In this document: positions 24,236 to 36,621 of the stretch, piece by piece
Numbering within the stretch: the stretch's first letter is position 1
Layout: each line of letters begins with the position of its first letter
From: Lophium mytilinum
Taxonomy: Eukaryota
Direction: 5' to 3'
Length of the DNA stretch: 64,000 nucleotides
Assembly (NCBI GenBank): GCA_010093605.1
Contig: MU004202.1
Coordinates: forward strand, 73,560 to 137,559
Position numbers and translations under genes: made by a program
The notes under the pieces: model-generated
What the model was told of the DNA's origin: nothing
What the model saw: only the letters and a program-made list of their open reading frames with translations
Databases searched by the model: none

Positions 24236-24608
24236 TTTGAGCGGAAAGGGAAAGGTATGGAAGGCGTCTTTTCAGATGAACGATGGGATGATGGAAAGGC
24301 TTTATGGGAGAGGAGATGTTTTACAACCGGAGTATTATGGAAGTCATTTTTTCTACCCGTACTTACGACTGATTATAAGGTCGAGTGATGCAAAGGGAAC
24401 TGTGAGTTTAGGAGATATATCTCGGTTGCAAGGTGACTTAAACTCTCTATTGAAATACGCCGAACGTGCATGATGCCGCCGCACCTGCATATCCTATTCT
24501 AAAACAGCTCTAGCTCAGCGCTATGCTCTTACCAACCACTACTCTCTTTTTCGTTCCCGGTCTTTACAGCTTGTTTGTTTCAATCTTTGATCTCGACGTC
24601 TTCTGATC

Positions 24609-26109
24609 ATGGATTTCCACGTAAATTCTGCAGATCCAGCTTCAGCATCATCCCGAGCCTACTCTAATCCCACCAGCCGGTCCGCGAAAAGCCGCTCAGC
24701 CTGCAACCGGTGCCATTCACAAAAGCTTCGGTGTGTTCGGAGACCAGGATATGACATCTGTGAGCGGTGCTCTAGACTGAAAATAGCATGCCGATACGGT
24801 CCTCGTGCGCCAAGATCGTCTTTGAGACCTCTAGAACAGATCACAGACTGGCAGTCTCTTACCGTACCTCCATTGACCCCAACGCCGAACGCAGATCCAG
24901 ATACTCTATTCGGTGATATGCTTAACAACGACTGGCTTTCTAGCTTTACGCTAGAGACAAGCACTGCCGAAGGGCTAGGTTAGTTGTGTCACGCATTCAA
25001 AGTTCAATAATAGTAACATTGACCTGGTGTTTGTAGCGGCTATGTATCCGGATCGTTGCTATCCCCAAGAAGGCAATTGTGCAAGTATTATGGAAATGAG
25101 CTGGCCGGGCAACTATGGCGATATGAGGCCTCTGGACCCAATGGTCGATCCAAATCTCACGACTGTCAGCGAAGACTCCATGATCTACGCGGGCAATCGT
25201 CCCTCGCCTGGCATATCGATATCGGATTCTAGGATCGAGTATCAAGACACTGAAGACCACTCAAAAGCCTCTCGTAGATCCGCCGTCCACAAGCTAGCAA
25301 CCCTCAATGTCGCGCTCTACGAATGTGCTGCGCAGCTCCCATCCTCGAGCACAGGAGACCCCGTCGCCACCGGCGAAGACCCACCCAGATCACGTAAACC
25401 AACCGTGTTCGCTTTCGACGAATTATTCCGGCTCACGACGGACTTCATCGACATCGTGAAGGACCTCTCTGCAGAAGAGCCCACGACACATCTTACAGCA
25501 TCCGCTGCCAACCCTGCTCTATCCTCGTCAAATCCAACGCAATCTTCCACTCAGCCATCACTCCCACTCGTCACCTACACCCGCCCACTCTCCCCCTTCT
25601 CCCACACATCCCTCAACCCCAACACATCCCCTACTATAGCTTCATTACCCACCACCCTCCTTGCCCACATCGACGAACCCACCCTCCTCCTCCTCAGCTC
25701 ATCTCTCACCCGCCTAACCACCATCTACGCCTCCATCTTCGAAAAAATACACCTCTGTCTCAAGCACTCCGCCGTACCAGTCATAGGCCGCGACTGGGCG
25801 ATCGTCCTACCTCGTCTTTCCGTGGGTTCGATCGCGTCCCCGCCGGTGCGGGTCGATAACGCTACGCCACTTGTGTCGAAGACAGAGAGTTCGTTGTATA
25901 TGCTTGTTTTTACCATGTTGGCGGGGCAGTTGTGGGGGCAGGTGGGGGAGGGGATGGGCTTAGGTGAAGGGAGGAGGGATGGGGATAGGGAGACTAGGGA
26001 GGGGAGTGGATTGTTGGATGTGTTGTGGGATTCTGTGAGGGAGAAAGTGGATGGGATGGTGAGGATGGTTGAGGAGACCAAGGGGTTGTTGCAGAGGTAC
26101 TCGGCATAG
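24609..26109 (+). CDS. Zn(II)2Cys6 transcription factor (intron 24979-25036)
   Basis: ACNRCHSQKLRC...ICERCSRLKIAC binuclear cluster; in-frame splice to the 25027-26109 ORF; divergent from the SDR across 373 bp. Confidence 0.9.
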
Positions 26110-26692
26110 TTTGAGATATTACAGGGACAATGTTCTGGGACATGAAAGCATGCTACACACGTGACTGCTGTCTTCGCTGCGTATATAAGCTTTTCTACGG
26201 TCCCGTCGTTTCTGTTCTTCATCAGAGATCAAGCTGTGCGAGAAGGGTGGAAAATCAAAAAGTATTCTTCATAATGGCGATGGTGTCGAAATTGGAGGAA
26301 GCGATATGGTGGCAGCCACCATTCGATGTCGTGGCTAGATGCTCGGGAATGATGACAATCTACATCTTCAAGACAATCATATGATGTTCAACGACAGTGT
26401 CTCGAAAGGAATATCATGTTGAGAGAGTTGTGGTTCGGAACATCAGTGGTGGTTCAGGATAATTCGTGAGATCAAATGGCGAAACCAAAATCCACCACCA
26501 TAGCACTTCCGTCCCAACATTTGGATCCCCCAACGCCGTTTCCAGAACCGCGACATAGAAGAAGTGAAGCAATGAATTTTGCTCAAACCGTGACTGCAAC
26601 GCCCTGTGCACTGGAGCAGAAGTTGTTGAGGGGAGGGAACAAAGTACTTATATGCTGCCGTCACGTGTACAATTACGCTTCCCGCTAGACTA

Positions 26693-26923
26693 CAGTACTG
26701 GGCTATAAGCCTGGGCATATGAACTCAATTTTGCTTGGCTCCAACTTGCTCACTCAACACCACTGTTCGGGGTAGCCTCGTTGCTTAACAGCCAGATGAT
26801 CATGAGATTGTCTAACCTGTAGGTAGTAATTGAGCCTCGACATCGCCGCTCGATCTTAGCAATCTTGTGAGGGTACTCCAAGCAGTAGTGAACCAGTGTG
26901 CCCAGACTTATGGCCTGTCGCTG
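26693..26923 (+). mobile_element. MITE copy E (231 bp), subfamily B/D/E
   Basis: TA|cagtactgggctataagcctgggcatat ... gtgtgcccagacttatggcctgtcgctg|TA. Confidence 0.9.
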
Positions 26924-27017
26924 TAAGCTAGCCGCAAGCGATGAAAAAAGATATAAGAGGAACGAAATGAAGTGCGATGCGCATTTTGATACTATACATA
27001 TATTACACCATCCTAAA

Positions 27018-29574
27018 TCATGGCACGAATCCCTTCTCACCGCCCATCTTCTTTCCGCCCTCGTGCGCCTCCACGGCGCGCTCGAATAGCTCTCGACACC
27101 TCACCTGTGCACCTAATCGTGCGCACATCAAGAAAGCGCCACTCAGCTTCCGATGAAGACTGTACGTCTCCTCCGGCGGCGGGCTTAGCCGCTCCCGCAC
27201 CATCACCGGGATGAAGCTTCGTACGCGATCCGTGATGGTCTGGTCCCTGAAGTCGTATACCTCCGGACCGGTTTCCATGAACGGCTCCGCGAGGGTAAGC
27301 ACAGACTGTGTGTGCGCTTCGAGCATGGCGGGTGACTCGCCGCCAGTGAGATACCCGAGGGTGAGAGAGAGATCGTGAATGAGAGGTTTATCCTCGCGGG
27401 CAGCGGCTTGCAGGATGCGGACGTATGGATCTATGAATTCGTCTGGGAAATCTCGGGATGCACCAAAATCTAGCAACTCAATTTTGTGAGTCTTCTCGTT
27501 ATAGAGGAAATTCGTCCAATTAGGGTCCGTCTGCATGAAATGGAATTCGCAGATCTCGCGTAGACAGAGTCGCAGGATATGGGTGCCGATAAAGTCACGC
27601 TGGTCCTGTGAAAGAGTCGTGATTTTGGTGACCCCGACGCCGGACATGTACTCGGCGGTGAGAACAGCTGGGCCGGAGGCAGAGGTGACTACAGCAGGGA
27701 CGGAAAACACCTCAGCATCGTCCGCTAGGAGGTCGTGGAAGCGAGTTTGGCACTCAGCTTCGCGGGCGTAGTCGCATTCCCAACCGAGCTCGGTACGGGC
27801 GTTAGCGATAGTCTTGTCGAGGTAGAGGCCCTTCGGGAGGAGGCGAGAGGCGGTGAGGAGGATAGAGAGATTAGAGAGATCTGAGGAAATGGAGGAGGCG
27901 ACTCCGGGGTACTGGACTTTGACTGCCACTGTCTGGTCTGTGGAGCGGAGAACAGCTTTGTGAACCTGGCCAATAGAGGCGGCGGCTATAGGGACTTCAT
28001 CGAACGAAGAAAACAGGTCGCGCCAATTTGGTCCTAGATTATCAACAAGGACTTTGTCACGTTGAGAGGCGGGCATGTAGTCTGCACTGTCTTGGACCCG
28101 CTGGAGGACTTCGTGGATTGGTGGTGGGAGCATTTTTATGTCTACTTGGTGTTAGAAGAACAACCTGATATTCTATGATCGGAACTTCATTACCCTGGAA
28201 GCTGATCATTTGCCCAAGCTTCAAAGCAGCACCACGCATGCGAGAGAGCTTTGCAACCAGAATCTCCATGTTACCCGGGCTCAGCATCAGCGAGCCTCCT
28301 GTTGCTGCAGCAGTACCAGTCACACGCCTGAGACTCTCTCCCACAGCACCAAAGGCCATACTAGTTGCTAGGCCACCATACTGCCAGAGACGACCAAATC
28401 TTGACGACGGCACTCGAGACTGGCGTAGCTCGTATGGCGCTTTTTCATCTAAGGTTACCTCAGACATGGGTGTGGAAGCAACTTCGGCGTTTTTGGCAAG
28501 TTCAGAGGCAAAATCATGCATTTCCTTCTCCGCAATTGCTTGGGTACTACCTAAGGCCTGTTCTGGCTCCGTAGGCTTCGTTTCTTGTGATGTACGGACA
28601 TTGAAGGTGGCTTGATCTATTCCAGAGGCAAGTTTCGTATGATCAATTGGGGCTTTACGAGCGCCTTTCAGATCCAGACTTCGCCTGTCCTTGTAGGGGT
28701 TCCCACCCAACATCTTTGCCACCCTTGTAGTGCGGAACACATCTGTATTGATTCCTTCCGGCACCTGGTCTTGCTCCGGAACAGCTGCCTGTTGTGGTAT
28801 GTGATCCTTTTGTGCCTCCTGTTGAGCCCGCTGTGGCGTAGCATAAAACACGTCCTGGTTCAAATTCCCATCTTGAACGTGCTCGTCGGTTGCTTGTGTA
28901 TCTTCTGTATGCTTTGGTATCTTAGATCTCGGCAATGAGGAGTATTCCGGCTTCGTCTCCACAGATCTGTCGTAGAAAACATCACGATCATGTCCCTCGG
29001 ACAGCTTTTCTGTTGCAGATCCTGATGAAGGTTGAACTTCACCTGCCCTCGCAGGTATTTGAGACTCAAACTCCCGCTGAAGCCTGCGAGCCTCTCCAGA
29101 AGTCAATCCTGGGGTCTTGGATGGTATGGGTATAGTTCCATCCGGCAAAGGTGGCTGCTGTGCCTCTTCTTGCTTTACTTCGAGCTCGTCCTCCGCCGGC
29201 GGTTCCGCCTGTGTACTTTGACCAGATCGATAATGTTGATGGCCCTGCTCAGACTCCCTCTTTACGTCCTTACGTACCCATTCGCCATTTACCATCTCCT
29301 TCCGCGCGATGTTTCCATCCTGGGCTGGCGGATTCTCGTCCGATGTGGTAGACTTGGTGTACGAAGGCGGAGGTTCATTGAAGCGTTGGGACAGTGCTAT
29401 CGCAGCTTTCGCGGTAAGGGTTATCCGATCGGTCTGGTTTTTGACGGCTTTCGCGAGTGTGGAAGTCTTGTTGAATGCATCTAGCTGCTGCGAGCGGAGG
29501 TTTACGTGCTGCTTAGCTACAGATTTGGAGGCATTGTATAGCTTCGCGGCGTCGATTAGTCGCCGGCCTGCCAT
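27018..29574 (-). CDS. COQ8: Mitochondrial ABC1/UbiB atypical kinase Coq8 (intron 28193-28142)
   Basis: [15 protein letters not shown] (KxGQ), [35 protein letters not shown] and [15 protein letters not shown]. Confidence 0.96.
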
Positions 29575-29999
29575 TGAGCTGATGCCAATTGCTATGATAG
29601 TCGGGACATGTTTCTAGAAGATTAGCGCTCGAAGAGGACGGACGATACCATCGATTGTTGAAGCTTGAAGAACGAAAGCGTCATCGCCAACCGAAGCTTA
29701 GGCGCGAGAATGTACCCCACGTGATTCGGCTTTATGGGCCCAACTTCAAGCGCGTCCATCGCAGCTTCATCAACAGTAGAAAATAGAGAGCGCCTGCTGA
29801 TGTGTTCGATCCACTAATTTCCACTGCGAACACATCCAGTAAGATCACTTCAAGATGTACTCGCCATAAGCTTCTGTCAATCGCTCCATAGAACACTGTT
29901 GAAACAAGCAATCTTTAAAGTCTCTGTAGTCATTGTCACCCTCTTTTCGTCTTCATTTCCTCCTTGAATTTCGAATTTCTCAGATCTGGTTCTGTCATC

Positions 30000-31209
30000 A
30001 TGAAGATAGCATGTCTCCAATTCTCGGCCGAAATGGGCCAGGTGGAGACAAATATGCGGCGAGCAGACGAGATTCTTTCGCATACAAATCTGCCATCGAA
30101 CCTAGACTGGCTTATCTTGCCTGAATGCGCGTTCACAGGTAAATATGATATGATCCCTTGACTCACATTTCTATCCCGTTCTATGGACGGTGGACACGAT
30201 GTAACATCGTCCCGACGTCTCAATGTCAATATATGAGTCTAGGTTTCATTTCAGAAGGCGGCATGATCTCAGCCCGTTCTACCGAGAACCTTCAGCACCC
30301 TCCATTGTCTCATTTCCATGATTTCCACGTTCAACGTCATCGTCTAACTCATACCTAGGCTACAACTTCGCCTCGCTCGACGAAATCCGCCCCTTCCTCG
30401 AACCAACCGCCTCCGGCCCTACCGCCCAATGGGCCATCCACACCGCACGCCGTCTCCACTGCCACGTAACAGTCGGCTACCCAGAGCGCTCTTCCGAGCC
30501 GTTCTCCAGCCCCTCCCCCAGCCCAGCGCCCATGCTCCCAACCACCACGACCCCCTCCCCCGGCCCCCAGGAATTCAAGAACTACAACGCCACCCTCACC
30601 GTCTCCAACAATGGCGTGGTACTCCTCAACTACCGCAAAACCTTCCTCTACTACACCGACGAGACCTGGTCCCTCCCCGGCTCCGCCTTCTACTCCGGCC
30701 CCCTCGGCGGCCTAGGCAGCGTCACGCACGGCATCTGCATGGACATCAACCCGCACAAGTTCATTGCGCCGTTCGAAGCCTACGAGTTTTCGAACCAAGC
30801 GCTCGCGGCGCGCTCGCCGCTGATATGCGTGAGTATGGCGTGGATCTCGGCGCTGGCGCCGGATGAGCTGGCTGCGGAGGAGACGGCGAAGGAGCCGGAC
30901 CTCGCGACGCTGAGTTACTGGGTGCAGCGGTTTGTGCCGGTGGTGGATTGGTGCAGGGGTTCGGGTGCGGCGGTGACGATTGTGCTGGCGAATCGGTGTG
31001 GGAGGGAGAGGGAGACGGGGTATGCGGGGAGTAGTTGTGTGTTGAGGGTGGATGGGGAGGGGGTGAAGATGTATGAGGCGTTGGGAAGAGCGGAGGAGAA
31101 GTGCTTGGTTGTGGATACGAATATGGTGAGTGGATTATCGTTGAATTCGGATTGGAGAGTGCTAATGGGAATGCAGCGACCGAAGTTCCAGCTAGCGACT
31201 AATAACTAG
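30000..31209 (+). CDS. NTA1: Protein N-terminal Asn/Gln amidohydrolase (nitrilase superfamily); introns 30139-30358 and probably 31126-31176
   Basis: MKIACLQF, LILPECAFTG/YNF, YRKTFLYYTDETW and GICMDINP (Glu-Lys-Cys triad), SMAW, ANRCGRE...YAGSS. Confidence 0.92.
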
Positions 31210-31668
31210 ACATTTCCTGATTGTGCGAGGCGGGTCTCCAAGGACGCCTCAGCTATCTATATGCGCGTGTTCCTAATGGCGGAGAGGAGAGGTTATGCCA
31301 CAATGCTTCAATGAGATACGGGAGCATCATCGAGTAGGCGCCTGTAATATGGCATCCGAGCCAACATGTCACATATCAAATATCCAACTACAGTATACGG
31401 ACAAGCAAGTGTATGACATTCATTGCCTAGCATCCGGTATCATGTCTCTGTCCGCATCCCAAGCGCCTCCGTTTCGAATGACCGAAGTGAAAATGCCATC
31501 ATCGCCACATCCCCTCGTCCCCTCATCCACATTTTCTGCTCCCCGCATCCTTCAGAAATTGACTGAATCGTTTGCCCGCTTGTCGTAAAACTTGCTCATT
31601 CCCCTGCCATTGACGAGAAGGTTGGTTGAGGGATCGATGTAGAGGAACAGGTTGGAGGGGCGAGTCGT

Positions 31669-32099
31669 CTATATGCCGATGCGGGTCTTGCGCCAATGTC
31701 GTCGCTTGGCGTTGTATCTATAGAGAGGAATCTCGTTAGCTAGCTGTCCTTGTGCCTCGCGTTCCATTACTCCATGTGCGCACGCCCGGGGTGAGGTCTT
31801 GGTGTCATCCAGCCCCTCAATCCTCCGCTCGCAAGTCCTCGTGTGTGGGTAGATGCTTGGAATCGCCGTACCTGATGGTGTTGCCCGTCCGCAGGCGGAT
31901 CCACTGGGGAATGGGCCTGTTCTGCTTCTGCGCCTTCGCAAGCTTCTGCTTGGTTCGGAATGACTTGTGGCTCTGTAGGTTGGCTATTAGCAATCATATT
32001 CCGCATATCCATCCACTCCTCTAGCCGACAATTTCAATCCGGTGCAGTCGACGAGAGGAAAGGACAGCTCCTGGGAATCGGGTTCAAGCATACCGGCAT
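31669..32099 (-). CDS. RPL39: 60S ribosomal protein L39 (2 introns; 6-nt first coding exon)
   Basis: [51 protein letters not shown]. Confidence 0.98.
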
Positions 32100-32531
32100 C
32101 GTGAATGTCCGTGTCGAGATGGGGTTGTTGTCGATGAAGTGGAGTGAGGCCGCGGGCAAGAATTTCGGTTGTCTGTGGGCGCGCCAAGACTTACTGACAA
32201 GCTAGACCCAATTTGGCACGCTAGTGTCGACGTCAGCTCTTGCGGAGGAGGATACCTTCCAATGTTTCCACCAGTCAGCCATTTTATCCCTGAGGCTCCG
32301 GTGATGTTTCCAAGGATAGGAAACCATGTGAAAATTTATTGTCACATCATCACGAGTTGCGCTACGAGCAGGCAGGTCCTATTCCATTTGCTATCAGTCT
32401 TCTAGGTATGTTCGTCAATCGGTTTGCTAGTCTCTATACAAGATAGACATGAATGGAAGTTTTGCTCGAATACTCATTCTTTCGAACGAAAGTTCCGTGG
32501 AACAACGCGCTCGTGTGCAAAATAAGACGAT

Positions 32532-33235
32532 ATGCAGGATTCTCGGAAGATGTTTCAAGTCCGTATGAAAGACGACGAAAGTGATTTCTTCGAAGACTTC
32601 AGTTTCGAGAAGCCGTCATTCATGGGATGCATCCGTCCATTCAGTCGTCCCGGTTATCGAGATCGGGATTCGATTACCATAACGGCCTCGCAAAGCACAT
32701 CTCATCGATTTCTAAATTGGCTTCGTGGCGACGACATCTATCAGAATCATCAGGATGAAGCATATGAAGCTGAGCTACTTAAGCTCTATGAGCCGGGCCA
32801 AAAACACAACATTCTCCGTCTACAACGCGACGTCATGAACTGCTTTCTCCAACGGTTTCAAGATGGTATCATCCCAAGCGAGGATGCTCTTGTATTCACT
32901 TCCAAATCAGTGTGCCCCCGGGAAGAACTATCCCGTTTCATGATCCATATGGAAGTGTAATTCATGCTACATGGGCTCGTTGAAAACCGGTACGAACTTG
33001 AGAAGAACTTCGCTCACGATATCTACTGGCTCCACCAGATGAGATCAAGAAAAAATATATGCAGGGTCATAGAGTGATCGTTGTGGAGGGCTGCTACAGC
33101 AAGAGAGCTCCTACTTGTGTCTTGGCATGATTGGCATGAGTGCGATACTCAACCTGAGAAAGATGAAGAGCGTTGTAAGCAGGAAACGACGGCGCAAAGG
33201 GAGGCTTGGAGGGTGGGCATATTTTGGGGGTAGAG
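32532..33235 (+). pseudogene. Decayed tandem paralog of the BTB-like gene at 33814
   Basis: LLKLYE...LRLQRDVMNCFLQRFQDGIIPSEDALV...RFMIHMEV*FM vs LLKLYD...KLRRDAMNCFLQRFEDDLIPGEDSLV...RFMIHMVLYFM. Homology resumes after the stop (RCKQETTAQREAWR vs TCKKETMAQRETWK). Confidence 0.82.
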
Positions 33236-33306
33236 TTAGACTGTGTACCCATTTCTTACGTTCCACCAGCCAAGACAAAGATAAAGAGCATGATGATACT
33301 TTGATA

Positions 33307-33532
33307 CAATCCTCGCTCGTGATTCCAAGCATGCGGATGTACGACTGCTCCAGCTCTACTCTTGCTTTCTCGGCGTCACTATGAGGAGTGCCCTGCATAT
33401 CAGATTTTCAGTTAGTAAAAGGGTAGTCAAACTTGCACTGCATTGACTTGTGCATCGTATCAGGAGTTTCTGAAGCCCGTCGGAGTACCCCAAGCAGTAC
33501 TAAGGAGCCCCCAAACTTATGCCTCAATACTG
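33307..33532 (+). mobile_element. MITE copy F (226 bp, most diverged), subfamily A/C/F
   Basis: Interior ggatgtacgactgctccagctctactcttg...gtcactatgaggagtgccct matches copy C; right end ccccaagcagt...cccaaacttatgcctcaatactg; TA at the left end; same length as the other copies. Confidence 0.7.
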
Positions 33533-33813
33533 TGATATGCCATTTCGTTTGTGTTTTATTAGGTTTCCGATAAGAGCCAGCAATCGAGAATTCCACTACC
33601 TGCTCCTACTTATGTTTGCGCAATTCTCTTTGTTGTGCTCTATTTGTTTTTATCAATCATGGGGCTAGTTTTCTGTGCCATATATCCGTATCCGCTTCAC
33701 GCCTTTTCAGGTGCCTTGTACACCAGCCTTTACTCCTCTTCGGCTACTTTTCCAAAAGCTTAACGGTTTTTCAGCGGGTCTTCAAGACTATCAAACGACG
33801 TCCTGTATTGGAA

Positions 33814-34941
33814 ATGGAAAACGAGCAGGGCAGCCGCGGTACGAAACGTCGACGACTAAACGAAGGCAGCAGCAAAGTGGCCATCAAATCAGAACAGGAT
33901 GATGTCATGAAGGTCATAATCAAAGTGGAAGATAGCGACGATGCAAAGAGCCATTTGCAAGAGGAAGAGGCAAGTGAAGAGAGAGAGAACGACGAAGACA
34001 TGAATGACGACGAAAAGGATGAAGAAGATGACGAATGGGAAGACGCAGACAGTGAATCTGACGAAAATCCACTGTCCCCGGAAGGTCCCATACGTTTCTT
34101 CGTCCACGTAGATGATGCGATAAATGGTCGAAAAACATTCGAAGTCGCGAAACACCCGTTGTGGAGTTGTTCAGAGGCGTTTCGGGGGCCAATGAAGGGG
34201 TTGATGGCCCGCACTCCGACCCATCTCATTGTAAAGACAGCACACAAGACATTTGCTCGATTCCGGGAGTGGCTCCATGAAGATGGTGTTGGCTTATACG
34301 AAGACCACCGCAGACCGGAGAATGACATTGACCTCCTCAAGCTCTACGATTTCGCTGTAGACTATTCGATTTCAAAGCTTCGTCGGGACGCGATGAACTG
34401 TTTTCTGCAACGATTCGAGGACGATCTTATTCCAGGCGAAGACTCGCTGGTGTACTTTATTCAAATGAAACTACCGCTAGCCACACCTGACATGATAGAC
34501 CCACTCTGGCGCTTCATGATCCACATGGTACTATACTTCATGGGCAAACTTTCTTACGACACTTGGGAAAAGCTCACCGAGCATGATAACCCCTTCGCTC
34601 ACACGTTGTATGACAGCTTCCGTGAACATTCAAAGGGGGTCTTCTTCGAGGGCCCGGTCCCAGTGTTCCCTCCGCCCGACCCAAACCTGATCTGGATTAC
34701 TAGAGACGCGGAGAGCGCGCGGCAATGCATTCAATCACACTGGTGCCATTGGCACGTTAAGGAACCCGATGGGCCCTGTCACAACATTGCAGATGGATTT
34801 GAACGCGAAGACACGTGCAAAAAAGAGACCATGGCTCAAAGGGAAACTTGGAAGTTGATGAGAGAAGTGATGAGAGAAGAGTGGCAAAAAGAAGAGCGGC
34901 GAGAAGAAGAGAAAACCGGAAGCAGGAGAGCCGCGATATAG
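33814..34941 (+). CDS. Lineage-specific protein with BTB/POZ-like domain, acidic tract and NLS-like KRRR
   Basis: KTFEVAKHPLWSCSEAFR...TFARFREWLH...LLKLYDFAVDYSISKLRRDAMN resembles fungal BTB domains; terminal WCHWH resembles the C-x-x-H-x-H tail of such proteins. Confidence 0.65.
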   Translation: MENEQGSRGTKRRRLNEGSSKVAIKSEQDDVMKVIIKVEDSDDAKSHLQEEEASEERENDEDMNDDEKDEEDDEWEDADSESDENPLSPEGPIRFFVHVDDAINGRKTFEVAKHPLWSCSEAFRGPMKGLMARTPTHLIVKTAHKTFARFREWLHEDGVGLYEDHRRPENDIDLLKLYDFAVDYSISKLRRDAMNCFLQRFEDDLIPGEDSLVYFIQMKLPLATPDMIDPLWRFMIHMVLYFMGKLSYDTWEKLTEHDNPFAHTLYDSFREHSKGVFFEGPVPVFPPPDPNLIWITRDAESARQCIQSHWCHWHVKEPDGPCHNIADGFEREDTCKKETMAQRETWKLMREVMREEWQKEERREEEKTGSRRAAI

Positions 34942-35534
34942 CTAACGGGTTTGAACAGGCACTCTAACCTTCCTAAGGTCCTAAGAACAGGTGATGACGG
35001 ATGAGGAGACTAGGGGTGGCAAGATAGATGAGACGGATTTGTAGTGTGTCGACGTGCTGGGGCTAATGTCGAGTGTATGTATTTCTGGGGTGTGAGCCTT
35101 GGACAGTGCATGGCAGATATAGTAACAGTCGAGAAGCTTTGCACTTGATCTTTATAAACCTACAAAGATGGAGTGACGCAAAGGAGTCAAGCTAGACCGT
35201 ACCTGGAATATATGGACGCCAGTTCAGTATCTGGGCGGAGCTCTCTTCGCACTTTCTCGCCTCCGTTTGAGGTTTCCGGTTCGTTGTGAGGAAGTCAGAC
35301 GAGACGTCAAAGTCCTGAGAGTGGGAATCTGAGCTTGTTCAGGCGTTTCTCATCGACCTACGTTGCCGTCATCTAGGGTACTTCATTCTAGATACCAAAA
35401 TCCAGTTGGGTATAAAATCAAGTTTGCTAAGCAACTAGAATATGAAAACCTCAACACCAAAAGCCCCGCCAAGACACCTCTCCGCAACCTTCGCCATCCA
35501 TTTCCGCAGCACAGTTCCACACCCAGCACCTAAA

Positions 35535-36621
35535 ATGTCCAAAGCGAAGGCCCGAAAGGCTGCCCGGTCGACCAAGGCTACCTCAAAACATACCTCAAAG
35601 CCCAAACCGCCCCCGACATCAAAAAACCTAAAGCGCAAACTCCTACCAACAGCAACCGGCCCAACCCCCAAGCAAGCGAAAGCCTCCAAACCCTCTCCCC
35701 AGATCGTAACACCTACAATACCATTCAACCCACACGACAGAGTCCTCTTAGTTGGCGAAGGCGCGTACCCCACCCCAATCCCTCAATCGCAGCTTCTAAC
35801 TTTCTACGTCTCCAGGCGACTTCTCCTACGCCGCCTCCCTAACTACAACATACCATTGCACCTCCCTCACCGCCACCAGCTTCGACTCCTCCCCCGCACT
35901 CCTCTCTAAATACCCGCACTGCGCCGCGCATCTCGCCTCCGTAATCGCCGTGCCTACAAGCAGCGTATACCACGACATCGATGCTACCGCCCTTTCAAAA
36001 ACCCTCCCTCGCTCCGCTAGAACCCACAAATATGACCGTGTCATCTTTAACTTCCCACACACGGGCGGCCTTTCTACAGACGTGAACCGGCAGGTGCGCT
36101 ACAACCAAGAACTCCTCGTCAAATTCCTGCAGTCGGCGAAAAAACTGCTCTCCACAGCCCCACCACCCCGACGCCCTCGCAACCATTCTCTCGATGAAGA
36201 CGAGGATGAGGACACCTACCCCGAAGACCCCGAGGAGCACGCAGAGGTCGAAGAGACACCGACTTCCAAGCTCGCGAAGGAGAGCAGTACGATCCTCGTC
36301 ACGCTATTCGACGCGGAGCCTTACACGTTATGGAATATCAAGGACCTTGCGCGGCACGTGGGGCTGAAGTCGATCACGTCGTTTGCGTTTCCGTGGGAGG
36401 CGTATCCGGGGTATCGGCATGCGCGGACGGTGGGAACGATTGAGGGGAAGGGGGGTGCGTGGAAGGGGGAGGAGCGGGCGGCGCGGACGTATGTGTTTGG
36501 GTTGAAGGAGGAGGTGGTGGAGGATGGGAGTGGAGCGTTTACGGGGGCGAATGCGGTGGGGGTGAAGAGGAAGAGGAGGAGGGGGAGGGAGAGTGAGAGT
36601 GAAAGTGGGGATGAGGGGTGA
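35535..36621 (+). CDS. BMT5: 25S rRNA uridine-N3 methyltransferase Bmt5-like (DUF2431); GC-AG intron 35761-35815
   Basis: VLLVGEG/DFSYAASL, ATSFDS, IDAT, IFNFPHTGG, NRQVRYNQEL, PYTLWNI and YPGYRHART. Confidence 0.9.

Noticed and set aside
30139..30358. Intronic snoRNA in the long NTA1 intron (RPL39 introns also inspected)
   Set aside because: No convincing C/D or H/ACA box arrangement by eye; needs Infernal or snoscan.
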